Shown: positions 41,747-52,746, counted from the stretch's first letter. The stretch is DNA of 64,000 bases from Tubiluchus corallicola (GCA_030141605.1 JAQGDQ010000270.1:128976-192975); one strand, 5' to 3'. Numbers and translations are program-made. Notes: a model not told the origin generated them from the letters alone.

Positions 41747-44700
41747 ATGACAAAAAATAATTATGAGCTGGATTTGAAGACTCTGACTTTCAAAACGATT
41801 AAAGCTCTAAAACTAATGAAATTAACGGTTCTTGTTCTTCTAATTTCGGCATTGGGCACAGCAATGGCGAGCGAGACCTACTCGCAAACCAAGAGATTGA
41901 CACTAGAGGCGGGCAACGTGATGGTGAAAGAGGTGCTAGCCAAAATTGAGTCTCAAAGTGAGTTTCACTTTTTGTATAGTGAAAAAGTCGTAGATGTTAA
42001 CAGGAGGGTTAATGTTGAATTTGAGGATCAGAAAATTGAAGACGTACTTAATTTACTGTTCGCCGGTACCGATATTACCTATGTTATAAAGGACAGGATT
42101 ATTGTTTTGTCGTCGACAGGAGTTGTTGAAGACAGTGCCGGTACTGCTCAGCAGCAGGCTGTAGTCAGAGGGAAGGTTACTGACACCAACGGAGAGCCCT
42201 TGCCAGGAGTTACCATACTTGTAAAAGGTACCACCAATGGAACAGTTTCGAAAGGCGACGGAAGCTACGGACTAAATGTAGAAGACGACGATGCTATACT
42301 GGTTTATTCATTTATCGGATTTGCTTCCCAGGAAATTGAGGTAGCCGGAAAAACCACTATTAATGCTATTATGCAAACTTCCGCCATTGATATTGATGAG
42401 GTTGTGGCCATAGGTTACGGAATGCAGAAGAAGGTAAACCTAACCGGGTCGGTAACTTCGGTAAAAGCTGAAGAACTGCAAGATATCCCGGTGGCAAACC
42501 TTTCGAATGCTATGGCAGGTCGTGCTCCAGGGGTTCAGGTTGTTGGAACTTCTGGTTTGGCTGGTGCTACTTCAAGCATAAGAATCAGGGGAGGTATTAG
42601 CGAGCCCCTTTTTGTTATTGACGGGGTGATCTCAGGGAAATCGGATTTTGATGCGCTTGACCCCAGTGAAGTGGAGAGTATTAACTTTCTGAAAGATGCG
42701 GCTAGTGCTGCCGTATATGGGGCCAAGGCAGGTAATGGTGTTGTTATTATTACTACAAAAAGCGGAGGTGAGCATAAGCCAAGGTTTAGCTTCAAGTCCT
42801 CTTTCTCCACTTCCCGTACAACAAAGCCTATCCAAAGTTATACAGCAGCACAGGAGCTTGAGTATGTAAACAGAATGATGGAAACCCGTGGACAGCCAAT
42901 GCCCTATGGACAGAATATTATGGATTATTTCAAAGACAAAAGCTATGATATTAATGATCTAATCTGGCAAAATCCTTCGGTTCAGCAACACAATATTAGT
43001 GTTGACGGCGGCTCGGATAAGATTAGATACTATATGTCTCTGGGCTATCATACCGAGGATGGTTCGTATCATAATACAAATTACGATCGTTACAATTTCC
43101 GTTCTAACGTAACAGCACATATTACCGATCGTTTTAAAATTAACCTAAACATCAGTGGTAATCAACGAAACTATGACCGTTGGTATTGGCCATATGATGG
43201 AGCTGAAAACTTTAACGTTACTGATTGGTATCGTGCAACTTTTAACTGGACACGTTTATATCCGTTTTATACCGATGCTGATGGCAATCCAACGAATGAT
43301 CCAAATGACTATCCTGTTCGTCCGGCAGGTGGTTATCACCCTCCTGAAATCATGCTAAATGGTGGTTATCGTCAAACTAAGCACCGCTCGTTTAATGGAA
43401 TTTTGCGGTTTGATTTAGATTTTAGCGAATATGTAAAAGGCTTGTCAACTTCTGTTCAGGCCAATCTGAATGCTTACGATAGAAATATGAAATCATACAT
43501 TGTTCATAACGAATGGTATGTTTTCCAATCGGGAAGTACCGAAAATCAATTTATCCCTGGTCCGATTGATTTCACAAAGACAGCATCACACAATTTAAGT
43601 GCACAATATCCAAAGATTGAGGAGAGCGTAGATCTAAAAAGTGCTTACCAGCTTAACTGGTTTATTAACTACGAAAGAGAGTTTGGCTATCATAACATTT
43701 CAGCTGTTGCTATTTACGAGCAGGCAGAGAATAGTAGTAAATGGCTTAATGGACAAGCTGAAGATTTACTTTCGACAAATATAGATCAAATTTTCAACGC
43801 TTCATCTGATCCTGAAAGAAGACACTTCAGTGGAGGAGAGAGCGAAGGCGCAAGTGCATCTTATATTGGTCGAGCAAGTTACAACTTTGCATCAAAATAT
43901 ATTGCTGAATTTTCATTCAGATACGATGGTAACTATCGTTTTGCTCCAGGCAGTCGCTGGGGATTTTTTCCGTCATTTTCTGCAGGTTGGAGGCTTTCTG
44001 AAGAAGATTTTATGAAAGGTGTAGACTGGTTATCCAACCTAAAATTACGTGGTTCATATGGGACAACCGGCTCTCTTGAAAACATTAGTGGTACCGCTAT
44101 AGCTCCCTGGCAATGGACAAACTACTACAACAAAGCATCTGGTTTTATATTCGGGACAACATACCAGGATGGGATATCGCCGGGAACTATGCCAAATCCT
44201 AATATTACCTGGTCAACCATTAAAAACTGGAACTTCGGTTTGGAATATGGATTATTTAATAATAGATTGACCGGGGAGTTTGATATTTGGAGTAAAAATA
44301 TCAGTGATATTCTTGGCCCCAGGTCGGGGTCAACTCCAACAACATTAGGTGCCGATTTACCATGGGAAAATTATGCCGAACGTAAATGGAATGGTTTCGA
44401 AATTTCAGCAACTTATAAGAACAGGATTGGTGGTGAACTGTATTATGAGGTGTACGCCAACATGGGGTATGCCATTGATGAATGGGTGGTTTATGATGAG
44501 CCTGAATCTTACACTGATGGAACCTATAAAGATAATTGGAGAAGTCGTATTGGAAAACCATCTGCAAGAGTTGGAGGCCTGATTTCGAAAGGAATTATCC
44601 GTACACAAGAGCAGTTGGATGCCATCCCCGAAGGCTATACAGTTTTTGGTCGCGAACCGCAAATTGGCACAATATTATTTGAGGATATAAGAGGGGACGA

Positions 44701-45250
44701 TTACTCGGAAGGGCCTGACGGAAAAATCGACAATAACGACTGGACATATCTGAGCGATAACGGTGCACCCCGTATAAACTATGGTTTTGGAACTAATCTT
44801 GAGTGGAAAGGCATAAAGGTAAATGCCCATTTTCAAGGTGTTGGTGCGTATGATAGAATGGTTGCAACAAAAAACACTAGTAGCGGGGGCGTATTCCAGA
44901 GTGATCGTCCTTACTTCGAACTTTGGGCAGACAATTATTGGACACCTGAAAACCCGGATGCTAAATATCCAAGAGTTGCAGGTTACATGAATCAATCTGA
45001 GTTTGGTGGCGGTCCATCTTCATTCTGGGTAAGGAATGGTGCATATTTACGTTTGAAAAACCTAAACATTCGCTATTCTCTACCCAATATCTGGTTTGAA
45101 AGAGTTGGGTTGAATGACATTCAGTTATACTTTAATGGAACCAACTTGTTTGTGATTTCCGGATTTAAAGAGCATGACCCGGAACAGGCAACACTGGATT
45201 CATATCCTCTTATGAAAACCTTTACAGGTGGTTTAAGTATTAATTTCTAA
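41747..45250 (+). CDS. susC: SusC/RagA TonB-dependent transducer with N-terminal STN domain
   Basis: STN extension, GEPLPGVTILVKGT, DEVVAIGYG, LKDAASAAVYGAKAGNGVVIITTK, RWGFFPS and a C-terminal Phe. Confidence 0.95.
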   Translation: MTKNNYELDLKTLTFKTIKALKLMKLTVLVLLISALGTAMASETYSQTKRLTLEAGNVMVKEVLAKIESQSEFHFLYSEKVVDVNRRVNVEFEDQKIEDVLNLLFAGTDITYVIKDRIIVLSSTGVVEDSAGTAQQQAVVRGKVTDTNGEPLPGVTILVKGTTNGTVSKGDGSYGLNVEDDDAILVYSFIGFASQEIEVAGKTTINAIMQTSAIDIDEVVAIGYGMQKKVNLTGSVTSVKAEELQDIPVANLSNAMAGRAPGVQVVGTSGLAGATSSIRIRGGISEPLFVIDGVISGKSDFDALDPSEVESINFLKDAASAAVYGAKAGNGVVIITTKSGGEHKPRFSFKSSFSTSRTTKPIQSYTAAQELEYVNRMMETRGQPMPYGQNIMDYFKDKSYDINDLIWQNPSVQQHNISVDGGSDKIRYYMSLGYHTEDGSYHNTNYDRYNFRSNVTAHITDRFKINLNISGNQRNYDRWYWPYDGAENFNVTDWYRATFNWTRLYPFYTDADGNPTNDPNDYPVRPAGGYHPPEIMLNGGYRQTKHRSFNGILRFDLDFSEYVKGLSTSVQANLNAYDRNMKSYIVHNEWYVFQSGSTENQFIPGPIDFTKTASHNLSAQYPKIEESVDLKSAYQLNWFINYEREFGYHNISAVAIYEQAENSSKWLNGQAEDLLSTNIDQIFNASSDPERRHFSGGESEGASASYIGRASYNFASKYIAEFSFRYDGNYRFAPGSRWGFFPSFSAGWRLSEEDFMKGVDWLSNLKLRGSYGTTGSLENISGTAIAPWQWTNYYNKASGFIFGTTYQDGISPGTMPNPNITWSTIKNWNFGLEYGLFNNRLTGEFDIWSKNISDILGPRSGSTPTTLGADLPWENYAERKWNGFEISATYKNRIGGELYYEVYANMGYAIDEWVVYDEPESYTDGTYKDNWRSRIGKPSARVGGLISKGIIRTQEQLDAIPEGYTVFGREPQIGTILFEDIRGDDYSEGPDGKIDNNDWTYLSDNGAPRINYGFGTNLEWKGIKVNAHFQGVGAYDRMVATKNTSSGGVFQSDRPYFELWADNYWTPENPDAKYPRVAGYMNQSEFGGGPSSFWVRNGAYLRLKNLNIRYSLPNIWFERVGLNDIQLYFNGTNLFVISGFKEHDPEQATLDSYPLMKTFTGGLSINF

Positions 45251-45263
45251 AAATAACAGAGAG

Positions 45264-47021
45264 ATGAAAAAGAACTTATTATATATTTTTGTAACAAAAC
45301 TCTTAAGCACTTTCATTGTCACTATCCTTCTGTTTAGTTGTAGCGGTGTAATCGATAGAGTTGAAGACCTTGGAAGGTATCCAGGAGAGGGTACTTTTGA
45401 CGATGTCCAGACAGTAGAGGCTTATTTGGCAAACCTGTATGCGATTACCCTAGGGGGGTGGCCGCTTAACGATGGTAATAAAGCTGACGAAAGTGGGAAT
45501 ATTATTGGTCCCGATTGGGTAACGACAAGCAATGGTACCATGAAACATTGGCCTTATGCCAGCATTAGAAAGATAAACATTTTTTTAAATGAATTACCTG
45601 AAGGCAATATACCAGAAGATAAGAAACCGGCTCTGATTGCTCAGGCAAAATTTATGCGTGCCTATCACTATTTCAAAATGGTGGTATACCATGGTGGCGT
45701 TCCTATTATTAAGGTGGCGCAGGGAGTGGAAGACGACCTGAGCGTAAGCAGGAACAGTACTGCCGAGTGTTTCGATTTTATAGTACAGGACTTAGATGAT
45801 GCCCTTACAGCTTTACCAGCCAAATATGAAGGCCCCGACCGTGGTAGAATTGATAAGGCTAGTGCGTTGTCATTTAAAGGGCGTGTGCTACTGTATAAAG
45901 CATCTCCGCAGTTTAATCCATCAAACCCTTATGGAAACAGCTATTGGCAAGATGCCTTTGTTGCTAATGAAGAAGCTATTGACTTTTTGAATGAGAATGG
46001 ATATGGATTATTGGAGAATTATGTTGATATTTTTGAAACCGATAGTCACAAAGAGAACGTACTTTCTGTAATTTATCAGGATCCAATAAAAACGAACGGA
46101 CGTGGTGAAGCTTCAGTTCGCCCTTTATCGGAGTCTAAAAATTATACTGGGGGGGATCAGCCCATTTGGACAGTTGCCGAGGCTTACCCAATGTTGGATG
46201 GGAAGCAGCCCGGAACTTCAGGTAAATACGATTACAATGTGCAAACCTTCTGGCAGAACCGCGATCCGCGCTTTGCTGCCAACATAGTTTGGAATGGGGA
46301 GGTTTACGAGCTGAGTGGGAAAGCTGATCGTCGTCAGTACACGATGACCAATATTGCGGAGTCGGTTGATGCCTTTGGTTATGTAATTCAGGGTGAGACC
46401 CACTACCGTACAGGGTTATACTGCCGTAAAGGAATTAATGAATCGCTAACTCCGGCTTTGGTTTCGACAAATGATTACGACTGGCCCGAGATTCGCTACA
46501 CTGAAGTGCTGCTCAATTATGCAGAAGTAGCTAACGAAACGGGTAGCTCGGACGCAGCTATTCAAGCGTTGAAAGATATTCGTGAACGTGCTGGTATAGA
46601 GGTGGGTGCAGATGGGATGTATGGTCTAAAAGCTGGGATGAGTCGTGAAGAGGTGCGGGAGGCAATTCTTCATGAAAAATACATTGAAATGCTATTTGAA
46701 GGAAAACGTTTCTGGGATTTGCGCCGTCATCGTATGTTAGATCGTTTGGATGGAATGCGTAAATATGGAATTATGGCTATGACAGTTGATGGGCGTGATT
46801 ACGAGAATGTAACGGCAGACGATGTAGTTAAAGCCAAAAACTATGAGTGGCTGCCAGAAGATTTTAGCTATTCCGTTGAAGAACTAATTACTAATGGGCC
46901 AAAAGAGATGGTTATGCCCGAAAAGTATTATTTCTTCCCTATTCAGTTATCACATATCGACCGTAACCCGAATCTGGAACAGAACAAAGAGTGGGGCGGA
47001 TCATTTAATCCTGAGTTGTAA
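45264..47021 (+). CDS. susD: SusD/RagB lipoprotein
   Basis: Lipobox LFSC, with RAYHYFKMV, RDPRF, IRYTEVLLNYAE, FEGKRFWDLRR and NPNLEQN. Confidence 0.95.
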   Translation: MKKNLLYIFVTKLLSTFIVTILLFSCSGVIDRVEDLGRYPGEGTFDDVQTVEAYLANLYAITLGGWPLNDGNKADESGNIIGPDWVTTSNGTMKHWPYASIRKINIFLNELPEGNIPEDKKPALIAQAKFMRAYHYFKMVVYHGGVPIIKVAQGVEDDLSVSRNSTAECFDFIVQDLDDALTALPAKYEGPDRGRIDKASALSFKGRVLLYKASPQFNPSNPYGNSYWQDAFVANEEAIDFLNENGYGLLENYVDIFETDSHKENVLSVIYQDPIKTNGRGEASVRPLSESKNYTGGDQPIWTVAEAYPMLDGKQPGTSGKYDYNVQTFWQNRDPRFAANIVWNGEVYELSGKADRRQYTMTNIAESVDAFGYVIQGETHYRTGLYCRKGINESLTPALVSTNDYDWPEIRYTEVLLNYAEVANETGSSDAAIQALKDIRERAGIEVGADGMYGLKAGMSREEVREAILHEKYIEMLFEGKRFWDLRRHRMLDRLDGMRKYGIMAMTVDGRDYENVTADDVVKAKNYEWLPEDFSYSVEELITNGPKEMVMPEKYYFFPIQLSHIDRNPNLEQNKEWGGSFNPEL

Positions 47022-47038
47022 CTAGTTAATTTATTTAA

Positions 47039-49975
47039 ATGTTTATTATGAATAACCCAAGTAAAAAACTGATTTTAATTGCAATATTTTGTGTACTATT
47101 TAATATGCTCCGGGCACAAGAGTACAAAAAAGAAGTTGAAAAGCTGCCCATTATCAATGGTGCCTACGAGACCGGTGTTGAAGAAGACTGGCTTATTAAA
47201 AAACCAACAGAAAAAGCCCAGGTATTCAGAAACAAAAACAACAACGAACTTATCCTTTCTAATGGGATAATTTCACGGTCGTTCCGGTTAAGTCCGAATG
47301 CTGCAACAACCAGCTTAAAGGTACTTGGCAAGCAAGAAGAGCACATCCGTGCAGTAAAGCCCGAGGCTATTGTTTCGGTAAATGGTTTTACTGTGAATGT
47401 AGGTGGTTTGCTTGGTCAGCCTAATTTGGCATTCCTTTACCCTGATTGGTTGAATGATTTAACCGCCGATCCTCTCTCTTTCAAGTTTACAGGGTTTAAA
47501 GTTGGAGCACCCGAGAAGCGTTTTGAGTGGAAAAGGGTGCGCCATTGCGCACCCGATGCTGAGTGGCCGCCTAAAGGGGTGAAACTGCAAATGGACTACC
47601 AGCTGACAGATGTCACACCAGGAGACCTGGTTTCGTTGGCACAAGAAAGCAGCATTGGAAGAAAGGAGATTTATAGTGATGTTTTCGCAACGATGGCCGA
47701 TGCTTGGAGTATTCGTACCAGCCCAGCGCACGAAAGGAGTTCATTTTTTAACGAGGGGAAACCGGGTGAAATTTACACGCCCAACAACACCGCAGTTTAT
47801 GCCGAATATAAACTACCTTCAGGAACAGGTTTGGTGGAAACATCGATAGATGCCGGCACGGATTTAAGTGGTTTGTGGGGGCCTGGGATCGCTCTGGTTT
47901 GGAACGATCGCACAATAAAGTTTAATATGCGCCCCGGGAATGAATCGGGTGTAAAAAACAACGGAGCCTGGCGTTTTACTGTTTTTGATGGTAAACGTGA
48001 AAATACCCGTGCTGGGGGAAAAGACAATGTTGATTTTAGCGGGACTTATTTCTTGCGCCTAAGAATTGACGGTACTAAAGTTTATTGTGAAGCCAAGCCA
48101 AAAGATGGCAAGTGGAAAACTTATAAAGCTATCGATTTTGAAAAGGAAGTTCCTGATCCTATTTCTGTTCGAATTGGGAAAATGGGGCGAAATGCTTTGG
48201 GTGAAGACCACGAATTTCCGGGTGAGCTGGTACGTTTAAGGATGAACAGTTTTGCAGCTTACGGTAAGTTGGATAAAAATGAGATTCAGAAAATTACATC
48301 GAAACTTAGCGACCTGCAAAAACTGCTTATTTCGGTAAATTATGAAATGTATGATGGAGTTCCGGTCTTATCGAAGTGGATAACGGTTAAAAACAGCTCT
48401 GGTCAGCCGGTAAAAGTTGATCAGATTATTTCTGAATATCTGGGTATTGCTGATCATAATCCTTATGGAGGTTATCGTGGTCGCGAGGATTTGAAAATAA
48501 AGCCCAATATTTATTTCGAAACCGACATGGCTTTTTCGGCCATGGCAGCCAAAGTTGCCAATGGCCAAACTGTGCATTGGGGTACAGATCAGGATTACGT
48601 AACCCAGATTTCATGGATTCAGGATGTTAAAAACACCATGCGCATCTATCCGCTTCAGGGTTATCATTTAACTGTTTCCGCAGGTGAATCGTTCGAATCC
48701 ATACGATCGTTTATGATCCCTTACGATTCGTATGACAAAGAACGAAACGGCCTTGCTCAGCGGAAAATGTATCGTGTGATTGCACCATGGGTTACCGAAA
48801 ACCCGATGATGTTCCACATTACCCGTTCGAAATGGGAAGATTATACCAACGGAATTAATCAGGCAGCAGAAGTGGGCTATGAGATGGTAAACTTTTCGTT
48901 TGGCAGTGGCTTTAGTCCTGAAAACGAAAGCGAAGAGAACTACGCAAAAATGAAAAAATATGCCCAATATGCCGACAGCAAGGGGATTAAGATTGGCACC
49001 TACTCTTTACTTGCATCGCGACGGATTAGCGATAAAGATGATGTGGTAAACCCTAAAACCGGAAGGCCTGGTGGCTTTGCTACTTTTGGAAATTCGCCCT
49101 GCTTGGAAAGTGAATGGGGGCAGGAATATTTTAGAAAAATGTACCGTATGTTTTCCGAAACAGGTCTTATGACCTTTACCCACGATGGAAGCTACCCGGG
49201 TGATGTTTGTGCATCAACTGAGCATCCGGGGCATGAAGGTTTGGGTGATTCGCAATATAAGCAATGGAAGAAGATTACCGATTTTTATAAGTGGTGTAAA
49301 GGTCAGGGTGTTCATTTACGGGTTCCCGATTACTACTACTTATCAGGCTCGAACCAAAATGGGGTTGGTTACCGCGAAAACAACTGGTCGCTTCCCCGCC
49401 GCCATCAGTTGATTCATACCCGGCAGAATATTTTTGATGGTACCTGGGAAAGTATCCCATCTATGCGCTGGAGTTTTATTCCATTGGCGCAATATCATGG
49501 AGGAGGTCCTGCTGCTACCATTGAGCCACTGAGCGAGCATCTCGACCATTACGAAATGATGCTGGTAAGCAATATTGGTATGGGCATTCAATCGGCATTG
49601 CGGGGCCCGCGTTTATACGATACTGAAGAGACCAAGCAAATGGTTACTCGCGTGGTTGATTGGTATAAGAAGTACAGGGACATTCTTGAAAGTGATATCA
49701 TTCACCTGCGTCGTGCCGATGGCCGCGATATTGATTATATGATGCATGTAAATCCTGAGTTGAAAGAGAAAGGGTTCTTACTGGTCTTCAACCCAACAGA
49801 TAATGTAGTACGAAAAAAGATTACTGTACCGCTGTATTACACTGGCCTAAGCAAAAAGGCCAAGGTTAGGGAGCAGGAAAACCCTGCAAAATCATTTAAG
49901 CTGAACCGGGAGTACGAAATTGAAGTAGAAGTGGAAGTTCAACCCAATTGGTATAACTGGTATGTGGTTGAGTAG
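47039..49975 (+). CDS. Secreted GH36-like (clan D, alpha-galactosidase-like) glycoside hydrolase with an inserted beta-rich domain
   Basis: Signal peptide, APWVTENP, AAEVGYEMV..SFGSG, HDGSYPGD, GYRENNWSLPR and ILESDIIHLRRADG. Follows susD. Substrate unknown. Confidence 0.6.
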   Translation: MFIMNNPSKKLILIAIFCVLFNMLRAQEYKKEVEKLPIINGAYETGVEEDWLIKKPTEKAQVFRNKNNNELILSNGIISRSFRLSPNAATTSLKVLGKQEEHIRAVKPEAIVSVNGFTVNVGGLLGQPNLAFLYPDWLNDLTADPLSFKFTGFKVGAPEKRFEWKRVRHCAPDAEWPPKGVKLQMDYQLTDVTPGDLVSLAQESSIGRKEIYSDVFATMADAWSIRTSPAHERSSFFNEGKPGEIYTPNNTAVYAEYKLPSGTGLVETSIDAGTDLSGLWGPGIALVWNDRTIKFNMRPGNESGVKNNGAWRFTVFDGKRENTRAGGKDNVDFSGTYFLRLRIDGTKVYCEAKPKDGKWKTYKAIDFEKEVPDPISVRIGKMGRNALGEDHEFPGELVRLRMNSFAAYGKLDKNEIQKITSKLSDLQKLLISVNYEMYDGVPVLSKWITVKNSSGQPVKVDQIISEYLGIADHNPYGGYRGREDLKIKPNIYFETDMAFSAMAAKVANGQTVHWGTDQDYVTQISWIQDVKNTMRIYPLQGYHLTVSAGESFESIRSFMIPYDSYDKERNGLAQRKMYRVIAPWVTENPMMFHITRSKWEDYTNGINQAAEVGYEMVNFSFGSGFSPENESEENYAKMKKYAQYADSKGIKIGTYSLLASRRISDKDDVVNPKTGRPGGFATFGNSPCLESEWGQEYFRKMYRMFSETGLMTFTHDGSYPGDVCASTEHPGHEGLGDSQYKQWKKITDFYKWCKGQGVHLRVPDYYYLSGSNQNGVGYRENNWSLPRRHQLIHTRQNIFDGTWESIPSMRWSFIPLAQYHGGGPAATIEPLSEHLDHYEMMLVSNIGMGIQSALRGPRLYDTEETKQMVTRVVDWYKKYRDILESDIIHLRRADGRDIDYMMHVNPELKEKGFLLVFNPTDNVVRKKITVPLYYTGLSKKAKVREQENPAKSFKLNREYEIEVEVEVQPNWYNWYVVE

Positions 49976-49993
49976 ATGTAGAATGTAAAGGTG

Positions 49994-51331
49994 GACACTG
50001 TTTCACAAAGTGTGTAAACTAAAAAAATACCGAGGGTTTGGCTATTTATAGCTGGACCCTTTTTTCAAATATAACTAAGAACTGATTCAAGACAATGCCC
50101 CAGTTTCTGATTGGCATTGACCATTTTTTAGTTGCTTCTCTGGTTGCCAAAAATACAGATTTCATTACAGCCTGGTCTGACGGGAATGAAAGTTTGTTTT
50201 TTGTGTATTTTCTGATTTTTCCGTTGAGATTCTCAATCAGGTTGGTTGTATAAATTATCTTTCTGATTTCCAGCGGAAACTCAAAGAATACTGTTAGGTC
50301 TTCCCAGTTGTCTCGCCAGCTTTTAATTGCGTAAGAGTATTTATCCTCCCAAGCTGATGCAAAATCTTCTAAAGCTGCTTTTGCAGCCTCTTTTGTAGGG
50401 GCATTATAGATTTGCTTCATATCTTTTGTAAATGCCTTTTTATCTTTCCAAACCACGTATCTGCTTGCGTTACGGATTTGATGAACAACACATATTTGTG
50501 TTTTAGATTCAGGGAAAACAGTTCGGATAGTATCTGTAAAGCCATTCAAGTTATCTGTTGCCGTAATCAGGATATCGTTAACTCCACGGGCTTTCATATC
50601 GGTAAGTACGTTCATCCAAAAGGCAGCGGACTCACTCTTGCCCAACCATAAGCCAAGAACCTCTTTTTTCCCATCTCTGCGAAGTCCTACGGCAATGTAA
50701 ACGGTTTTGTTGACGACCTTAGAGTTCTCCCGCACTTTAAATACAATGCCATCCATCCAAACAATTAGGTATACAATTTCCAGAGGTCGGTTCTGCCACG
50801 CTACAATGTCGTTGGTGACTGAATCGGTAATCCTTGATATGGTGGATGTAGAAACTTCAAAACCGTATAGCTCCCGAATTTGCTCTTCAATATCGCTATT
50901 ACTCATTCCTTTAGCATAAAACGAAACAATGATATTCTCTAAGCCATCGACCATGTTCCCTCCTTTGGGTACAATCATCGGATTAAACGAAGCATCACGG
51001 TCTCGGGGAACCTGAATGTTGGATTCTCCCAGAGTGGTTCGGACTCTCTTCTCTGAATAGCCATTGCGGGCATTCTGATTATCCGATTTTTGATTTTTAT
51101 CATAGCCTAAATGACCATCGAGTTCTCCTTCAAGCATCTTTTCAATGCCTCGTTTTTGGAACTCTTGTAAAAAACCATTGAGCTCTTCCCCTGAATTAAA
51201 CTGTTCAAGGAAATCATCATTTAATAAATCTTCTTTTTTCATTACTGTCTAAAGTTTTAAAATTAAACAAAAAAATGCCGAGGGTTGCAACCCTCGGCAT
51301 TTTCTATTTACACAGTTTATGAGATAGTGCT
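49994..51331 (-). mobile_element. IS256-family insertion sequence
   Basis: Imperfect terminal inverted repeats: ACACTGTTTCACAAAGTGTGTAAACTAAAAAAATACCGAGGGTT (from 49995) versus GCACTATCTCATAAACTGTGTAAATAGAAAATGCCGAGGGTT (reverse complement ending 51330). No target-site duplication visible. Confidence 0.9.
50046..51242 (-). CDS. IS256-family (Mutator-like) DDE transposase, apparently intact
   Basis: [36 protein letters not shown] and [10 protein letters not shown] motifs. Confidence 0.96.
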   Translation of the reverse strand: MKKEDLLNDDFLEQFNSGEELNGFLQEFQKRGIEKMLEGELDGHLGYDKNQKSDNQNARNGYSEKRVRTTLGESNIQVPRDRDASFNPMIVPKGGNMVDGLENIIVSFYAKGMSNSDIEEQIRELYGFEVSTSTISRITDSVTNDIVAWQNRPLEIVYLIVWMDGIVFKVRENSKVVNKTVYIAVGLRRDGKKEVLGLWLGKSESAAFWMNVLTDMKARGVNDILITATDNLNGFTDTIRTVFPESKTQICVVHQIRNASRYVVWKDKKAFTKDMKQIYNAPTKEAAKAALEDFASAWEDKYSYAIKSWRDNWEDLTVFFEFPLEIRKIIYTTNLIENLNGKIRKYTKNKLSFPSDQAVMKSVFLATREATKKWSMPIRNWGIVLNQFLVIFEKRVQL

Positions 51332-51415
51332 TTTAGATCTTTGCAAAGCTCAGCTTTTTATCTGTAGCGCAGATTCCTAAGTGTTCCCGTCTTCAGTAGA
51401 GTAACGGTTTTTTGT

Positions 51416-51889
51416 TTATTTTCTTTTTACCTTACTCCTTGCTGAATAGTTGATATTTAGCGCATGCACCTTTCGGAGCTCTTCCTTTACATCAGTAATA
51501 ATTCCCATTTTGGTGTATTCATCTGCTTTCAAAGAGGTAACCATAAATGGAACTTCTGCCTCAGTACGTGCTTCACGCTCCGAAATAATAAAACTCCTAA
51601 TATCTTCCGGATTGGCAAATGCATCATTTAGTTGGATACGTGGTTCTAAACCAAACATTTTCTGATATTGCTCAGTGGGAGTTCCTATATATATGTAACT
51701 TACTAATGATTTTTTTTCAAGTTTGCTTAGTTCTGTTGCTTCTGGTACTCTGACGCGTACTTTCATGGTAACTTCGCGCATAGTGGTTGATACCATGAAA
51801 AAGAATAGCAGCATAAATACGATATCTGGTAATGCTGATGTTGAGATTGCCGGTATCCCTTTTTTATTATTTTTCCTAAATTTTGACAT
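51416..51889 (-). CDS. exbD: ExbD/TolR biopolymer transport protein
   Basis: STSALPDIVFMLLFFFMV transmembrane motif with the conserved Asp. Confidence 0.9.
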   Translation of the reverse strand: MSKFRKNNKKGIPAISTSALPDIVFMLLFFFMVSTTMREVTMKVRVRVPEATELSKLEKKSLVSYIYIGTPTEQYQKMFGLEPRIQLNDAFANPEDIRSFIISEREARTEAEVPFMVTSLKADEYTKMGIITDVKEELRKVHALNINYSARSKVKRK

Positions 51890-51962
51890 TTACTTTCTCC
51901 CTTTTAATTTGTTTATTAACTTGGCAGAGAAGATCATACTTCTGTTTTGCCTCTTACTGTCT

Positions 51963-52535
51963 CTATTTCCTCCTTTTAGGTTCGGCTTCAGAGATTTTAG
52001 ATGGAAAAATTATTCTTATCGCATTTTGGTGCTCCCTGTCAAGATCTGCATAGTTTTTACCCCATTTGCTACGGGCTAACTCCTCTCTGAGTTCGTTAAT
52101 TGCACCGACGAGTTCATTTTGTACTTGCAGATAGATGTCATAAGTTGTTCCTACATGATTTCGTAGTGATATAACCCCTCTCGTTACAGGTACTTGTCCA
52201 AAGAACTCAACTTCTTTTATTTCTTTTTCAGGAAGATCTTCTTTATTGGCAGGGTTAGCCATGAACTCTTTTGTTTTTTCACGCAAAACTCTAATAGGAG
52301 TTAATTCTCCCTCAACCAGCAGTTGGTTATTAGAATTTACCAGTACTTCAAATATGTTTCGCTCTTTGATCCTATTGTCATTATCAATAACTTGATCTGG
52401 GGGAGGGGGAGGCGGAAGTTTACGCCTAAGCCCTGAGTCAACATCCATAGTGGTTGTAACCAGAAAGAATATAAGTAGCATGAAGGCAATATCTGCCAGT
52501 GATGATGCATTATATTCTGGTAGTTTTTTAGCCAT
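51963..52535 (-). CDS. exbD: ExbD/TolR biopolymer transport protein
   Basis: NASSLADIAFMLLIFFLVTTTM...KISEAEP. Confidence 0.9.
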   Translation of the reverse strand: MAKKLPEYNASSLADIAFMLLIFFLVTTTMDVDSGLRRKLPPPPPPDQVIDNDNRIKERNIFEVLVNSNNQLLVEGELTPIRVLREKTKEFMANPANKEDLPEKEIKEVEFFGQVPVTRGVISLRNHVGTTYDIYLQVQNELVGAINELREELARSKWGKNYADLDREHQNAIRIIFPSKISEAEPKRRK

Positions 52536-52746
52536 ATTATAATATGAATTCGTGTGTTTAGATAAATTTTAATCAGTACGCCTGCAGTTTAAATAATCAT
52601 ATGTGTCTTGATAATATTACAGATACTTTTCCAAACCGATTTGTGCCTCGTAATTTTATTTAAATAATTGCTATCCTTATATAGAAGCTATTACACGCCT
52701 AGTCTAAATTTTTCATTGTATAGCGCTTTCGGGTAAATAAAATGTT

